Source of the DNA: Octopus sinensis
Lineage: Eukaryota
Length of the DNA stretch: 64,000 nucleotides
Direction: 5' to 3'
Assembly (NCBI RefSeq): GCF_006345805.1
Contig: NC_043006.1
Location: 76,756,001-76,820,000 of the forward strand
Part shown: piece by piece, positions 25,791 to 39,557 of the stretch
Numbering within the stretch: the stretch's first letter is position 1
How the letters are laid out: each line of letters begins with the position of its first letter
Made by a program: the position numbers and the translations under genes
Notes under the pieces: model-generated
What the model was told of the DNA's origin: nothing
What the model saw: only the letters and a program-made list of their open reading frames with translations
Database searches by the model: none

Positions 25791-25863
25791 TGGATTAACG
25801 GTCTCACATACCGAAATACATGCATACGTTCTCAAAGACACACGCACGGAAGCACACACAGAA

Positions 25864-25895
<32 letters not shown>

Positions 25896-26363
25896 CAGTG
25901 AGTGGACAAACTACAGAAAAGGCTCTCAACAAGTTTAGTGGGAGTGACATTTTTTTACTGATATCTAAATGACTAATGTGTAAAACATGCCAGAGTGTGG
26001 GGTAAACCCATGTAGACGATCTGAAACCACACTGATGGAAACGTCGCGTATATAACAAACAATTCTTTTGTCTCTTTTATAAGAAAACAGATAAAAATTA
26101 ATAGTTGGGAAAATTATAATTTTATTGCCGTAACATATACTAATTTTTCACATAAATACATAGCATAAAATCTACCTATTTTTAAGCGCTGCTTATTTTA
26201 TTCAACAACATAGAATGGAAATGGAAATTAGATGTCATTGAGATTTATACTCAGAAAGTGATGCATATTTTCTCGCTAATTTATCCATTATTTCACTCTA
26301 CTTTTGTAATTTATTAGTATTTTTTAGCATTGATGCAATGTCGAGAGTATCTGTAGTAGCAGT

Positions 26364-26753
26364 GTGGAGGCGCAATTGCCCAGTGGTTAGGGCAGCGGAC
26401 TCGCGGTCATAGGATCGCGGTTTCGATTCCCAGACCGGGCGTTGTGAGTGTTTATTGAGCGAAAACACCTAAAAGCTCCACGAGGCTCCGGCAGGGGATG
26501 GTGGTGATTCCTGCTGTACTCTTTCACCACAACTTTCTCTCACTCTTACTTCCTGTTTCTGTTGTACCTGTATTTCAAGGGGCCGGCCTTGTCACTCTCT
26601 GTGTCACGCTGAATATCCCCGAGAACTACGTTAAAGGTGCACGTGTCTGTGGAGTGCTCAGCCACTTACACGTTAATTTCACGAGCAGGCTGTTCCGTTG
26701 ATTCGGATCAACCGGAACCCTCATCGTCGTAACCGACGGAGTGCTTCCCACCA
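26364..26753 (+). mobile_element. tRNA-derived SINE family C, 3' variant 1
   Basis: A/B-box head tggcccagtggttag / ggtttcgattcc; TSD tgtagtagcagt at 26352-26363 and 26754-26765. Confidence 0.92.
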
Positions 26754-27057
26754 TGTAGTAGCAGTTCTGTGAATTACTTTCTGTAATATCCTAGTAGATC
26801 TGATCTGGTTTAAAGCAACCACCAGTCCTTTCAGTGTGTTTAGTGGAGTCCTCTCTGTTACAAGAAGGAGGACCAAGTATCCGATTAGGATTTAACTTTA
26901 TCCCAACAATCTCGCCGGCCATGAAATTTGTCACCGTGTTTCTCCGTTCTACTTTGACTAAGCTATTATAAAAATTGAATAATTGCTATAATACAATTCT
27001 AAGCAACACATCACAGATATTGATATATGAATCCAAAGGTAAATATCTTTGGTGGAT

Positions 27058-27443
27058 CTTTTACTCTTTTACTTGTTTCAGTCATTTGACTGCGGCCAAG
27101 CTGGAGCACCGCCTTTAGTCGAGCAAATCGACCCCAGTACTTATTCTTTGTAAGCCTAGTACTTATTCTATCGGTTTCTTTTGACGAACCGCTAAGTTAC
27201 GGGGACGTAAACACAGCAGCATCGGTTGTCAAGCGATGTTCGGGGTACAAAAACACATACACATATATACACATATAAATATACGACGGGCTTCTTTCAG
27301 TTTCCGTCTACTAAATCCACTCACATAGCTTTGGTCAGCTCAAGGCTATAGTTGAAGACACTTGCCAAAGGAGCCAAGCAGTGGGAGTGAACCCAGAACT
27401 ATGTTGTTGGTAAGCAAGCTACTTACCACACAGCCACTCCTGC
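27058..27443 (-). mobile_element. SINE B, full length
   Basis: Complete head, body and tail on the minus strand. Confidence 0.9.
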
Positions 27444-28443
27444 TGACGAATGTGACGAATATGTACTCGAAATACTTCAATATTTGAAGTGTTTATAAAC
27501 GGAGGATGTACAATCGGTAACTTTACCGAGTTTAGAATGTCGGTTGTTGCGCAAGTACAAAGTAATGTGTTGAACGTATTTTATAGATGTGGCTACAAAA
27601 TAAACATCTCTCTACGTGTATATTGCAGATGATATATTACAGTGTATATTGGAGTTGTATATTGCAGTTGATACGGACTGATCCACAAAAAAACATGTAT
27701 CTAAATATAGATCATTCTTGCAGCCTGTTCGATATTCATCTTTGATAAGTTAGCAAAATAAAAAGGAACCAAGTTTATACCGCTCTTCCTTGCTCCCGAG
27801 ACTGGTGTTGGAAAAAATTATAAACAAATCGGAGATCTAACCTGATTTCTCTGAAAGATAGTAATGAGCTAAAGGCATCAAATGGCCGGTTGCTAGTGTT
27901 AAATTAGGCGATGGACTAATTCCGCTAGTACTACAACTCTAGCTCTTATAATTACGGTTATTTATGTATTAGTTATTGACACAAATTAATGACGCAATCT
28001 CAGCAGCCAAAGTAATACAGCGTATAATATACGCTGCCTCCTTACTCACAGTTTAATCTTAACGCCATATTGCATCGATGCTGTATAATTATATGTAATC
28101 GTAGAACAGATGAAGTGCGTTTACAATTATGTGAAATGATCCATTGAGAGCTGTATATCTTTGACATGTAAACAGTGAAACGCCTATGATAATTTAAGAA
28201 CTGTCAGAATTTCAGTCATAAAACCGATAGCTCCGTTGACTGGAACAATTGCGACCACACACTCATCTATGAATATGTACATATATAGAGAAAATAGATA
28301 ATATATAAACGTAGAGGAACATATATACGCAAATTTACATAGTATACACATGACAAATTATATATGCGTGTGTATGCATATAAACACAAAAACTATGAAT
28401 GTATGTATATACATGCGTATGTGTGTGTGTGTGCGTGTGTGCG

Positions 28444-28491
<48 letters not shown>

Positions 28492-28508
28492 GTGTGTGTG
28501 TGTGTGTT

Positions 28509-29460
28509 AGGGTGAATATATTGTCAGCTAAATTACGCAAAAATGAAAATAACTCTGGCACCTCATTTTAACAGATATATTTATCAAAATACCTTGAAAT
28601 ACTAAAGAGTAAATTTATTCAATAAAATTGCCATTTCTTTCAATCACGGCCTTCAGACAACTTAGGATTCTCCTGCAACTCTTTAGATGGCCCCGTTGTT
28701 CGAGTTGGTGAATACTGTCATAATCCTTGCCTTCAGTTCATCTTTGGTGTTTCAAGGAGTTTTGTTGGTCTCTTGCGCAACTGCGACTCACACATGATAA
28801 TCAAAGGATTGCAGTCTGATGTGTTAGGTGGCCAGATGTTAATGGTGATATGGTCGCATAAATTGACTGACAGCAACGACTGGGTTTTCCTGATTTTGTG
28901 GCATGGTGCAGAGTCCTGGTTCCAAACATAGAGCGTTCCAGCAACCACCCTCTTGAACTAGGGCAGCGCTACTCCCTCCAACACATGATGTAGGCCTCCG
29001 TATTGAGTTTGAGAACGGGTGGGTTGATGAATGGAAACATAACGTTGCCATCACAAGTGATCACTCCAAACACCATAATATTGAGTGGATGTTTGATTTT
29101 TATCACTCTTAATATACATTTTGGGGACATGGCAAGCCAACGGTTGTTCTGTGTGTTCACCACCTTTTCTCGTCTGAGAAAAAACAAAGCAGGTTCGGTT
29201 GGAGGAGATGCTTCAGTTTGTTCAAAAGTATCGTAGCGCAGTCTTTCTTATTTTCCTTGATAGCTTGGGATAAAAAATTGCCCTTTCTAATTTTGTATGA
29301 GGAATACCAAATGCCTTCATGCAGTACCTGCCTGATAAGAAACTCAGACACTTCCAGGTTCCTGGCAAGAGGCCTGATTGACTTGGAGGGATTATTGTCA
29401 ATCATGGCCTGGATCTCACCAGCAAATTTAGGAGTTATTTTCTTATCATAACGATCAGAG
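28509..29460 (-). pseudogene. maT (DD37D) Tc1/mariner transposase remnant
   Basis: FFSDEK, NTQNNRWLA, KHPLNIMVFGVIT, QDSAPCH...WPPNTSDCNPL(D); 37 residues between the second and third D; frameshifts. Confidence 0.9.
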
Positions 29461-29466
29461 TAAGTG

Positions 29467-29568
<102 letters not shown>

Positions 29569-29606
29569 TATATATGTATGTATATATATATATATATGTG
29601 TGTGTG

Positions 29607-29645
<39 letters not shown>

Positions 29646-31374
29646 TATATACACACACTCACAGAATCACACACATATTAATCTATACATACAATATGTC
29701 TGCTTGTATGTATGTATGTATGTACGCGTATAGGTATAGTTTTGCCAACGGAACCGAAGTGGCTTAAACTTGGAGTTTCAATAAATCTGAGTCCATTTTG
29801 ATAGCCAGCCATTTTGATTTAAATGTCTTTTTTTTATTTCTAACCAAAATATCTGACTGAAGAAACAGATATAATTTTGTTAGTGGAGACTTCTACATTT
29901 AGATATTTTAATTTCGAGTAAACGAATCATAGTATTCACACTTGTTCCGGTATTGATTCCATACTTCCAGTTCGTTGTGTCTGTCTGCGTTATCAGCAGG
30001 TAGATGCACATGTAGCAATCCATACCGATATGCCAAGAATACGTTTACTTTATCAAAATTAGAATTACCAGTGCAGTGCTTGACATTAAAGAACTTCTAT
30101 CAAATGTATTTTTCATTTCATTTACTGAAGTGAAGTCAAAATCCGAAATGTCTTGAGTAATATTCAGAATACCTGAAGGAAATGCTAAACGTAATACTTA
30201 AATATTACGTACTTCTATTTATAATTTGAATTACTATCTTAATATTACTAGTGAAATAATACTTCCTGTTGCTACCTTCATGATTTTAACGAGCATGGAT
30301 AGTAATTGATGGTTGCAAGTTACATAATAGTTGAAATTTATTTTTATTTTAAAGATATCATTAAACTTAGCAACCTCGCTCCTGAGAGCTGGTTAGGGCA
30401 AAACATGTTTCTCTGACAGCGGATAGCAGGCAGCAAACAACACACGATCCTATCATAAATAATTTTAAGACAGTTGCCTATGTGGCTCTCAAAATGTCAT
30501 TTACTGTGCCATATTTTTTAGTGCATTAAGGAATGACATGGATCACAAATTTCGTGATTTTAAAAAATTTCATCTTGATTAAAGTATGCCGATTAATTAT
30601 TGCAGAGCTAATAGAATATTAGCATTACTTAATACTATTTATAATTCAGAAAGAAAATTTTAAGAGTAACCTCAGACAATAAGGAAGTTCTCCGAGAAAT
30701 TTCATTGGAGAGGAAGAGAAAAGGAGAGGAAGAGGAAGGTCTGTGACAGGAAGACAGCTTTGGCAGAACCAAGTAAACATGTATACTAAACTAATGAAAT
30801 GTAGGCAACAATCTGTGCTACCATAAAGGTCTAAATCTATAAATATATGTAACTTAATAAAGCTTGAGGGGATATATTAAATCACTACTATATTAATTTA
30901 AAACTACAGAGAATATTAAGAAAATGTTACGAGAATCTGTGAGAATTATACAGAAGTATAAAGGTGGTAATAAATGTTAAAAGAATTCATAGGAACATAA
31001 CGATTTTAAAGTATTAGAGAGTCTCTATAACTAGGGACGACGAAGCAAGTGTTATAAAGGTATCACCACGACAAATGATATAAAGATATTAAAATGAATT
31101 CCATAATATATAAGTTGCATAAAATAAGTCATCGGTATGTCTGTCATTAGAATTAAAGGTGGACCAAAATTGCTTAAGTATGATAAGGTATATGTATTAA
31201 CAGTATCATCATACGCAAGGTTACCAAAATGTAATCTATAAATTTTATTACTGGTAATAAACTTCTATATTCTAAGATTGTAGATATGTACCGAGACCTC
31301 TGGGAAGCCTTTATAAAATGAGTTTAAATTATACGAAAGTTCTATTGATAGAATACCTGTATTCATCTGATCTA

Positions 31375-31934
31375 TTGGGTTGCCCGGACAGTTCGTGCAA
31401 ATTTATAGTAGCTTACATTTCAACTTATTTTAGAACATGTTTGAGTCCATAAAATAGGATTTGACTACACCTCCATTTAGAGCAGAGTTTAAGCTATCTT
31501 TTTGTGGAAGGTTTATGTCCCTATAACCTGTGTTAATTCTGTAACCCTTTAAAATGGAAGATAAGAAGTTCCTTTTTGGCACTTGTTGCTTTGGGAACCA
31601 GACAAAAATTGCTGCAGCTTGGCTGGAATGTGTTACCCACACTCCATATTCACAAGATATTACTCCTTCGGATTTCCACTTATTAAGGTCCCTGCAGAAT
31701 AGTCTTAATGGTAAAAATTTCAATTCCTTGGATGATGTAAAAAGATACCTTGATGAATTCATTGCCATGAAACCACCTCAATTCTGGGAAGAGGGTATTT
31801 TGAAGTTAAAAGAAAGATGGAGACGTATTGTGCAAAAAATGGTTCATATTTGGTTGATTAAAAATGTAAAGGCAAGTATTTATTGACGTTTTTCTTCTCT
31901 TTAAAAATCGGCACAAACTATCCGGACAACCCAA
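31375..31934 (+). mobile_element. Internally deleted mariner (560 bp) with TIRs and TA TSD
   Basis: TA-ttgggttgcccggacagttcgtgc ... gcacaaactatccggacaacccaa-TA; N-terminal MEDKKF fused to C-terminal THTPYSQDITPSDFHL..WEEGILKL..RW. Confidence 0.92.
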
Positions 31935-32368
31935 TATTAATAACATTGCCCGTGTATATTCAGATTTTCAACAATACCAGTCAGCAGAGATTTCAACCAC
32001 ATCTATGAATAACATAAGGCTTAGCTGCCTGGCTACGCTCTACACTACATGAAAATGAATATTTTGGTCCTTTAACTTCCAGACCCACGCGGACAGCAAT
32101 GTTGTTTTCGCTTTTTCTATCTCCTAAATTTATGAAGATGTTTATGTAATTATGAGCTAGGTTGCTCAGTTTAATCACATCTTTAGAATACGAATGATTT
32201 TTAGCTGTTCTTTGATTTACAAACTTATTCTGCTATCAACCCACGTGATGAAGAGTTTGCAGTTTCATCGATATAAAATTGCTTAAATATTAGTACTCTT
32301 GATTATAAATTTCACTTATTGATTATTAGTTGATTAATTAACATGTCACTCCTCGCTTGTACATTTAG

Positions 32369-32410
32369 TACGCCTGATGAGTTAAAAGTTGCGAAACGTA
32401 TTACGTAATC
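32369..32410 (+). ncRNA. Decayed hammerhead-like motif
   Basis: TACGC-CTGATGA-G..C-GAAAC-gt-att-acgta; core intact, stems III and I broken by transitions. Confidence 0.3.
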
Positions 32411-32570
32411 ATATTGATGCTGTGCTTACTGCATTTATAAATATACCATGCTTACGTCACAGTAAAGACTCATCATAAATCAAATGTAGGAGTACCAAAT
32501 GATCCATTCGTCTGCATATATTAACACATACAAACATGCACACACACGCATATGTGAATATATATAAATA

Positions 32571-32607
<37 letters not shown>

Positions 32608-32819
32608 ACGTGGATTCTGTTGAGACCAGTAAGAAACAATTATGAACTTTTTCATTACACTTAACTTTTTAAAATATTTTTGATAAGGTTCGTTTTTTCT
32701 AGAAGAACAGTAACATGTAAAATTCCTAAGAAAATTAAAAATTAAAATTTATCTTATATAGTGGCGTTTTCAAACTTCTTATGTATGTATGTATATATAT
32801 ATATATATATATACATACG

Positions 32820-33035
32820 TATATAGTTCAAATTTACAGAAGACAAAAGACGAAGACAGGTGAGGGAACAATAGGCGGGTGTATCAGTTTAATGAACGGG
32901 AAACACGAAAGTCTTTTACGTGTCGAGCCTACGCTCTTCGACAAAAAGGATTAAGAGGGGAAAATAGAAAGAGGACGAAAGAAAAAAAAGAACAGAGAGA
33001 AAAAATGTGCGGAATTCGTCGGTCCAACATGGTGA
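32820..33035 (-). mobile_element. P1 repeat
   Basis: Reverse complement ttttgtcgaagagcgtaggctcgacacgtaaaagac. Confidence 0.65.
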
Positions 33036-33431
33036 GATGACTGGAGAGTTCAAATATATATAAATATATTTCGCTTGAGCATTTTGAGACTAGTAACCTG
33101 GTGTAAAAATCAAAATACGTTTGCTTCAGAACGACGTGTTAGATGAGAACAGCAACAAAAAATTAGAGGACAAACGAATAAATGGGTATCTTATAAAATT
33201 CATTTGCTTACACCTGATTCTGCTGTAAGATGCGGCGGATTCATTTATAGCTGTATCAGAACCTCGAATAAGGAATGCTATCTATTTCGAGGCTTCAATG
33301 AAGCTATGAGGTGTTATTCGGATATTCATCTACGAGTCCAATACATATTATGATAGAAACAGTTTAAGGTACTGAAGGACATAAGATGATCCTTTATGCC
33401 TTTGTCATCTCATTTTCTAATTATATATATA

Positions 33432-33810
33432 AGCGTAGGAGTGGATGTGTGGTAAGGTTGAGTTCCACTGCGTGGCACCTTGGGCAAGTGTCTTCTACTA
33501 CAGCCTCGGACCGACCAAAGTCTTCTGAGTGGGGATTTGGTAGACGGAAACTGAGAGAAACCCGTCGTATATGTATGTATATACGTATGTGTGTATATGT
33601 TTCTGTGTCTGTATTTGTCCCCCCAACATCGCTTGACAACTGATGCTGGTGTGTTTACGTCCCCGTAATCTAGCGGTTCGGCAAAAGAGACCGATAGAAC
33701 AAGTACTAGGCTTACAAAGAATAAGTGCTGGGGTGATTCGCTCGACTAAAGGTGGTGTTTCAGCATGGCCACAGTCAAATGACTGAAACAAGTAAAATCA
33801 GTAAAAAAGA
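33432..33810 (+). mobile_element. SINE B
   Basis: gcgtaggagtggatgtgtggtaag...cagcatggccacagtcaaatgactgaaac. Confidence 0.9.
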
Positions 33811-34512
33811 ATTTATGAATCGATATGTAATTATAAGGTCCAAGGATCTGAGTGTAGGACGTTTGTAAGCTTCGATCAGTCAGTGGTGGGTATAAAAAAA
33901 ACAACATTCAAGAACAATAATAAGCAATTAGCGATGTTAGCAACTCAAGTCACTATGAATGCGAATAAAAACCTATATCGTGGGAGTGGAGCAGATTAAG
34001 TCCAGGCTACATATGTTTCCCTAGCTAGCCGAGGATCATTTTGACGCTCAACCGTCCGGGGTCGATAGAATGAGTAGCAGCTGAGCACTGGGACCCAAAA
34101 TAGCTGGCCTTGTGTCAAATTTGAAATCAATACATAAGTAAGCTCACAAATCGATTAACGGAAACAAATATTGATTGAGTTTTAAAATTTGCATATATGG
34201 TATTGTTGATTTTTTGCTGCTGTTTAGACCCTAATAATATCTGAATACATTCTGTAGAGTGTCTGTAGTGAATATCACAACGCATCTTGTTCAGCGCGCC
34301 ATCGATTCTATTTTCTACATCCTTCTTGGATAGAAATGCTTTTATAGTTTTTGTCGTTTGTTATTGTTGTTATTTTACATTTTTTTCATACGTTGTCTTT
34401 TTACCTTTCATTCTGGATGGTTTTATTCTCTATCTCAATAAACTTTGCTGTAGCTAAAAAAAAATATTATACATATATGCACATACATGCATACATATAC
34501 ACATATATACAC

Positions 34513-34560
<48 letters not shown>

Positions 34561-34732
34561 GTATATATATATACATGTACATATAAATACACATGTATAT
34601 ATACATGTATATATATACAAGTATATATATAATGGGGTTCTTTTTTATTCTATGGTACCTTAGATGTAAAATGCAGACATATAGATAATTACTTGTATGT
34701 ATACAGATGTATACATATGTGTTTGTGTGTGT

Positions 34733-34807
<75 letters not shown>

Positions 34808-36126
34808 TGTGTGTGTAAAGAGATTGTATTACTTTTTTTGCATTTTTCTTCCATGAAAAGATCTATTGTTTTAGAGATTTTTACTACGTTTGAGCGGCTT
34901 GTCGAATTCTATATCGGATTCGAAATTAATTTGTATAAAATGAGTTTATGTTCTCCTTGTGCTCTGAGGGGAAAATATATACAAACATGTAAGTAAAAGC
35001 ACCCCATTGCTACCGCATACTTCAGAAAAAACAGTAATAGGAAAAAACAAAAAGGATGAACGAAGAACAGAAAATACACAATAGGCATTGCAAGAAACCA
35101 ATATTCAAATTACAGAATTGTACTTGGGTTTTGTTTTAACGACAAAAGAAATTATACAAAATACAAAAGTAATGTAATGTAAACATTAGAATCCTGAAGT
35201 AAGAATCCAGCATTGTTTTAAGAATGAAGTCTTCACTGAATAAATACGGGAATATACAAAGGAAAAGAAATTAAAATGAAAAAAGAACTCGATGCAACGT
35301 ACATCTACGACCGAATCGAATTCATCAATTATTCTCGGGTATATGTATATTTTTTTACTGAAATAATTGTGTACGTTTCTGGATAATTGTTTACTTTGAA
35401 GTCAAAGGAAGTGGTTTTAAAATGCAAATGGCAGCAAGGACAAAATGTACTGCCTGGAATGTGTACATATGATTACGATTGTAGATTGATTGAATAACGA
35501 GTTTATATTGTAAAGAACAATGAGTAATTATATGAAGTGTATTTATAACGTCATGTTTTCCCTTTATAAGCAGAATGATGTATATCACTCTTTTTTCATC
35601 TCCCTATATGATAAGATCAATTATGGAAAGGTCAGGAATACTACATTATTATGCTCTGCATGCTAATACGAAAATGACATATGGTGTGTCTCTCTCCTTT
35701 TCTCTCTTTCCCTCTTTCTCTCTCTTGTTCTTTCCCATATGTACTAGTATTGAGTAGAAAGACTTTGATTCCTTAACGTTAGACATGGAATTCATACGCA
35801 AAAATTTCCATATGCAGTTAGCGTTTTCAAATCTGAAAGCAACATGTTAGGGATATATGCGCTGTAATACAAGCAAAACAAATTCTTTAAAATAATAAAG
35901 CGATTCCTAAATGAGTTCATCTTGTCCTCAAAGTAAACTGCTGAAAGCAATGGACATATTTTGGTTTAATAGGATCTCCTCAGCGAAGCAGTATAATCTT
36001 CATACATCTTTTTTCCACGTTCTTCGGTAATGGAATTTAACTGAATTCAGCTAAGAAAGAGAACCGTATCACAGACTTCAGGAAAGGGAATTATCTGTCT
36101 GCGGTTTACATCCTGTTCACCATTCC

Positions 36127-36157
<31 letters not shown>

Positions 36158-37184
36158 GTCTCTCTTTCTCTCTGTCTGTATATGTCTGTTTCTCTCCCTC
36201 TCTCTCCCTCTCTTTTTCCCTCAACCTCTCCTTCCCTCTTTCTCTTTGTCACTGAAACGTGAGTCTACACCCGATATAACGGTATCTAATTCTTACCAGG
36301 ATTTCCTAGATAGTGGCTTTTAGGCACTATATGGAATGTTGAATTATGGTACTATATATGTAGCTTCTTTAAATAAATGCATTCGGTACGAATTTATTTA
36401 ATAATTTTGTTATATTTTTAAAATTTAAAATATCATTTCTCTTTTTGATCTTCTTGAAATAGACCCACTACTTACAAAATGCTATTTATCTAAAACAACA
36501 TCATGTGTTTTTCTACATTCAAAGAGTATCATAATATATCTTTTGATGAGAGCTAAACGAAAATACAGCTGGTTTTAAAAAATATGTAACGTATTGACAC
36601 CGTTCACTTATATAATTTACAGAATTTTACTGCCAGGCGTACTCTCTTATTGAAAAAAATATATCAAAGGTCTAATGGAAGAAAGTGAAAGCCCACATAA
36701 ACTTTATTTGATTTTAAAGAGAATTATTGAATTTTCAAAGAACAACGCAGAATGAAAACATTGTTATTGATCATGTGTTCTTTGCATATATTGATAACAT
36801 TCTGTATGGCTTTCAAAAACAATTAAAATACTGGAACATCTAATGAGAATATTACATTATCAAGAACACAGTAAATCGGTTTGTGTTGATTTAAAATAAT
36901 ATTTTGGGCCTTCCTAGTAGTTAAACAATATCTTCAATTTTGTTTTTTTACTCCTATAGAATAGTAGATCGCCCCAAAATGTCTTGTTTTTACGACATCA
37001 AATACCCACTACGGGTGTTTAGTATTCGAAATGTTTTTTATTAAGTTTCCTCCAATAGGTCCGAAGAAAACTACTCTCTAACGAACTGGTTTTGTAAAAG
37101 CGCTTAACAATTTCCACCTACTTACACGTATTACGAAAATGAATTGCAAATATATTTAGTGATACATGTTAATAATATTAATAA

Positions 37185-37400
37185 CAATAATCCTTTCTAC
37201 TGGAGACACAAGGCCTCAAATTTGCTGGGTGGTGACTAGTCGATTATATCAATCCCAGTATTTCACTAGTACGTAATTTATCGACCTCAAAAGAATGGAA
37301 GTCACTGTCGACCTTGGTGGAACTTGAACTCAGAACGTAGCGGCAGAGAAATACCGCATTTTGCCTAGTGCGCTAACGATTCTGCCACTTCGCCGCCTTT
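37185..37400 (-). mobile_element. SINE A, tail 2
   Basis: Tail reverse complement ...ggccttgtgtctccagtagaaaggattatt; flanked by AAT repeats. Confidence 0.8.
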
Positions 37401-37431
37401 TTATTATCAATAATGATAATAATAATATTAA

Positions 37432-37651
37432 TAATAATGCTTTCTACAAGAGGCACAATGCCTGAAATTGTTTGAAGTGATGGAGCCAGTCGATTAAATC
37501 GACCCCAGCGCGCAACTGGTATTTGATTTTTCAACCCCGAAAAGATGAAATGCATAGTCGACGTCGGTGGAATTTGAACTCAAATCATAAAGATTGACGA
37601 AATAATGTTAAGCATTTTGGCCGGTATGCTAACGATTCTGCCAGCTCGTCG

Positions 37652-37652
<1 letters not shown>
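37432..37652 (-). mobile_element. SINE A, tail 2
   Basis: Same structure as 37185-37400; (AAT)n on both sides. Confidence 0.8.
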
Positions 37653-37743
<91 letters not shown>

Positions 37744-37744
37744 T

Positions 37745-38240
37745 TAATCAGACAAAGAACATGCCTCCACATTGATATGACTGTCCCAATCGATATAAAC
37801 GTATCTGTCAAGACATACCAAAAACTGAGCAAATATAAAGATCTTGAAATAGAAATCAGGAAAATGTGGAACCTGAAAACTAAAACAATACCTGCTGTCA
37901 TAAGTGCCCTGGGAATGATAGCAAAAGGGGCTGATTGCTACCTAACTTAGATACCAGGAAACCCCAAAATGGCAGAAATGCAAAAGATAGTGCTCATGGG
38001 AACTGCTCATATCCTATGCAAAATACTTCCAACGTAATCTCAAGTTTTAAAACAAACAATAATTTTCGTATGGTTTTTTTAGACATTCACTAGTACGACA
38101 CTAAGTACAAAACCAAATATATGGCACACTAGGCATAACGCCAACATGAACTTCCAACTTGTTGTCTCTTGAGGTCTCTGCTTGAGACTTGGAGCCAACT
38201 TGTACAAACGTAAAGCAAAAGTCAAACATCGAATAAAAAT
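37745..38240 (+). pseudogene. R4/Dong-like LINE 3' fragment (restriction-like endonuclease C-terminus plus 3' UTR)
   Basis: CLHIDMTVPID..KLSKYKDLEIEIRKMWNLKTKTIP..ALG..QKIVLMGTAHIL; begins directly after (AAT)n. Confidence 0.8.
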
Positions 38241-38254
38241 AATGTTGATTTGAT

Positions 38255-38700
38255 ATATTTATCACAAGGGCGAAGGAGGGAGGGATAATACAGAGACAGA
38301 CATAAAGTGTTGAGGTTTAAATATAATAATGAAATGATAAAAATAAAGAAATATACACAGTATACACTGAAAGAGAGACATATGCAGGGTATACAAAGGT
38401 AAAATAATGTGGGGGGGCTGATAGAGATGTCGCCCTCCTGATAATCGAGGGACCCCAAGTCCGAGATTACCCTGAAACCCTATGTTTAAGTGCCCTCTTC
38501 AATTCCTTCTCTCCGACTCACAGGTCTACATTCAGACAGGTACCATCCACTCTTGTCATTTTCGAAAATTTCACCCACCTTGCAATAAACTCACTCGAGT
38601 GTTGAGCACTTCCCTCAAGTGAAACTTCAAAAAGTCAGTGAGAGCTCTACCAAAGAGGATTGTATCTGTCCTCTTGCTGTTCACCCTTGTCCATCACAGC
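38255..38700 (-). pseudogene. Tx1/L1-like LINE 3' fragment
   Basis: Minus strand EFIARWVKFSKMTRVDGTCLNVDL* then a T-rich UTR ending ccttgtgataaat. Confidence 0.55.
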
Positions 38701-38711
38701 TAATAATAATA

Positions 38712-38860
38712 ATAATCCTTTCTAGCATAGGTACAAGGCCGGAAATTTCGGGGAAGGGGTTAGTCGATTACATCGACACCAGTACTCAACTGGTACTTAA
38801 ATTATTGACCCGAAAAAGATGAAACGCAAAGTCGACTTCGGAATTTGAACTCAGATTAAC
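38712..38860 (-). mobile_element. 5'-truncated SINE A, tail 2
   Basis: Body and tail between AAT tracts. Confidence 0.8.
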
Positions 38861-38886
38861 GCTTAATAATAATAATAATAATAATA

Positions 38887-38918
<32 letters not shown>

Positions 38919-38927
38919 GTAATAAAA

Positions 38928-38966
<39 letters not shown>

Positions 38967-38982
38967 GTAATAAAAGTAATAA

Positions 38983-39037
<55 letters not shown>

Positions 39038-39071
39038 GCAACAACAACAACAATAATAATAATAATAATAA

Positions 39072-39557
39072 GCAAGAAAGTTGCCATACTCTAGGATATG
39101 CCAATACACACAGAAAAAGAATTTAAGGCCTATATGCCTGATATAGTTGTCAGAGATCATGAAGAAAAAATGCTTTCTAATTGATGTATCAATACCAGCA
39201 GATGACAACGTTTCTCTAAAAGAAATGGGGAAACTTTCAAAATACAAAGACCTGGAAATAGAGGTAACTCGAATGTGGAATCTAAAAACAGAAACAATTC
39301 CTATCATAGTAGGCGCATTAGTTGTGATAAAAAAAAAATATTCAGACAAATACACAAATACATAACAAAAACACCAGAACTTACAAATATATATAACATA
39401 CAGAAAATTGCACTACTGGGCACTGCACACATCCTACGCAAAACGCTTTCAATACAGTAACCATAAGAGCATCGCAACAAACCACAGCACATACCCAAGG
39501 CACGCAGAGCTGTGCTCGGTAGTGAAGTGAAAGCACGCTATAAAAATAAAACTACTG
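39072..39557 (+). pseudogene. Second R4/Dong-like LINE 3' fragment
   Basis: PDIVVRD..KCFLIDVSIPADDNVSLKEMGKLSKYKDLEIEVTRMW..QKIALLGTAHILRK; (AAT)n on both sides. Confidence 0.85.

Noticed and set aside
26364-26440. tRNA gene (also at 55150-55227 and 57781-57855)
   Set aside because: The tRNA-like head continues into a SINE body, with TSDs at two copies; no clean cloverleaf or terminator
35973-36026. 54-bp AG..GT bounded candidate exon
   Set aside because: Moderate signals only; expected by chance in 64 kb of AT-rich DNA
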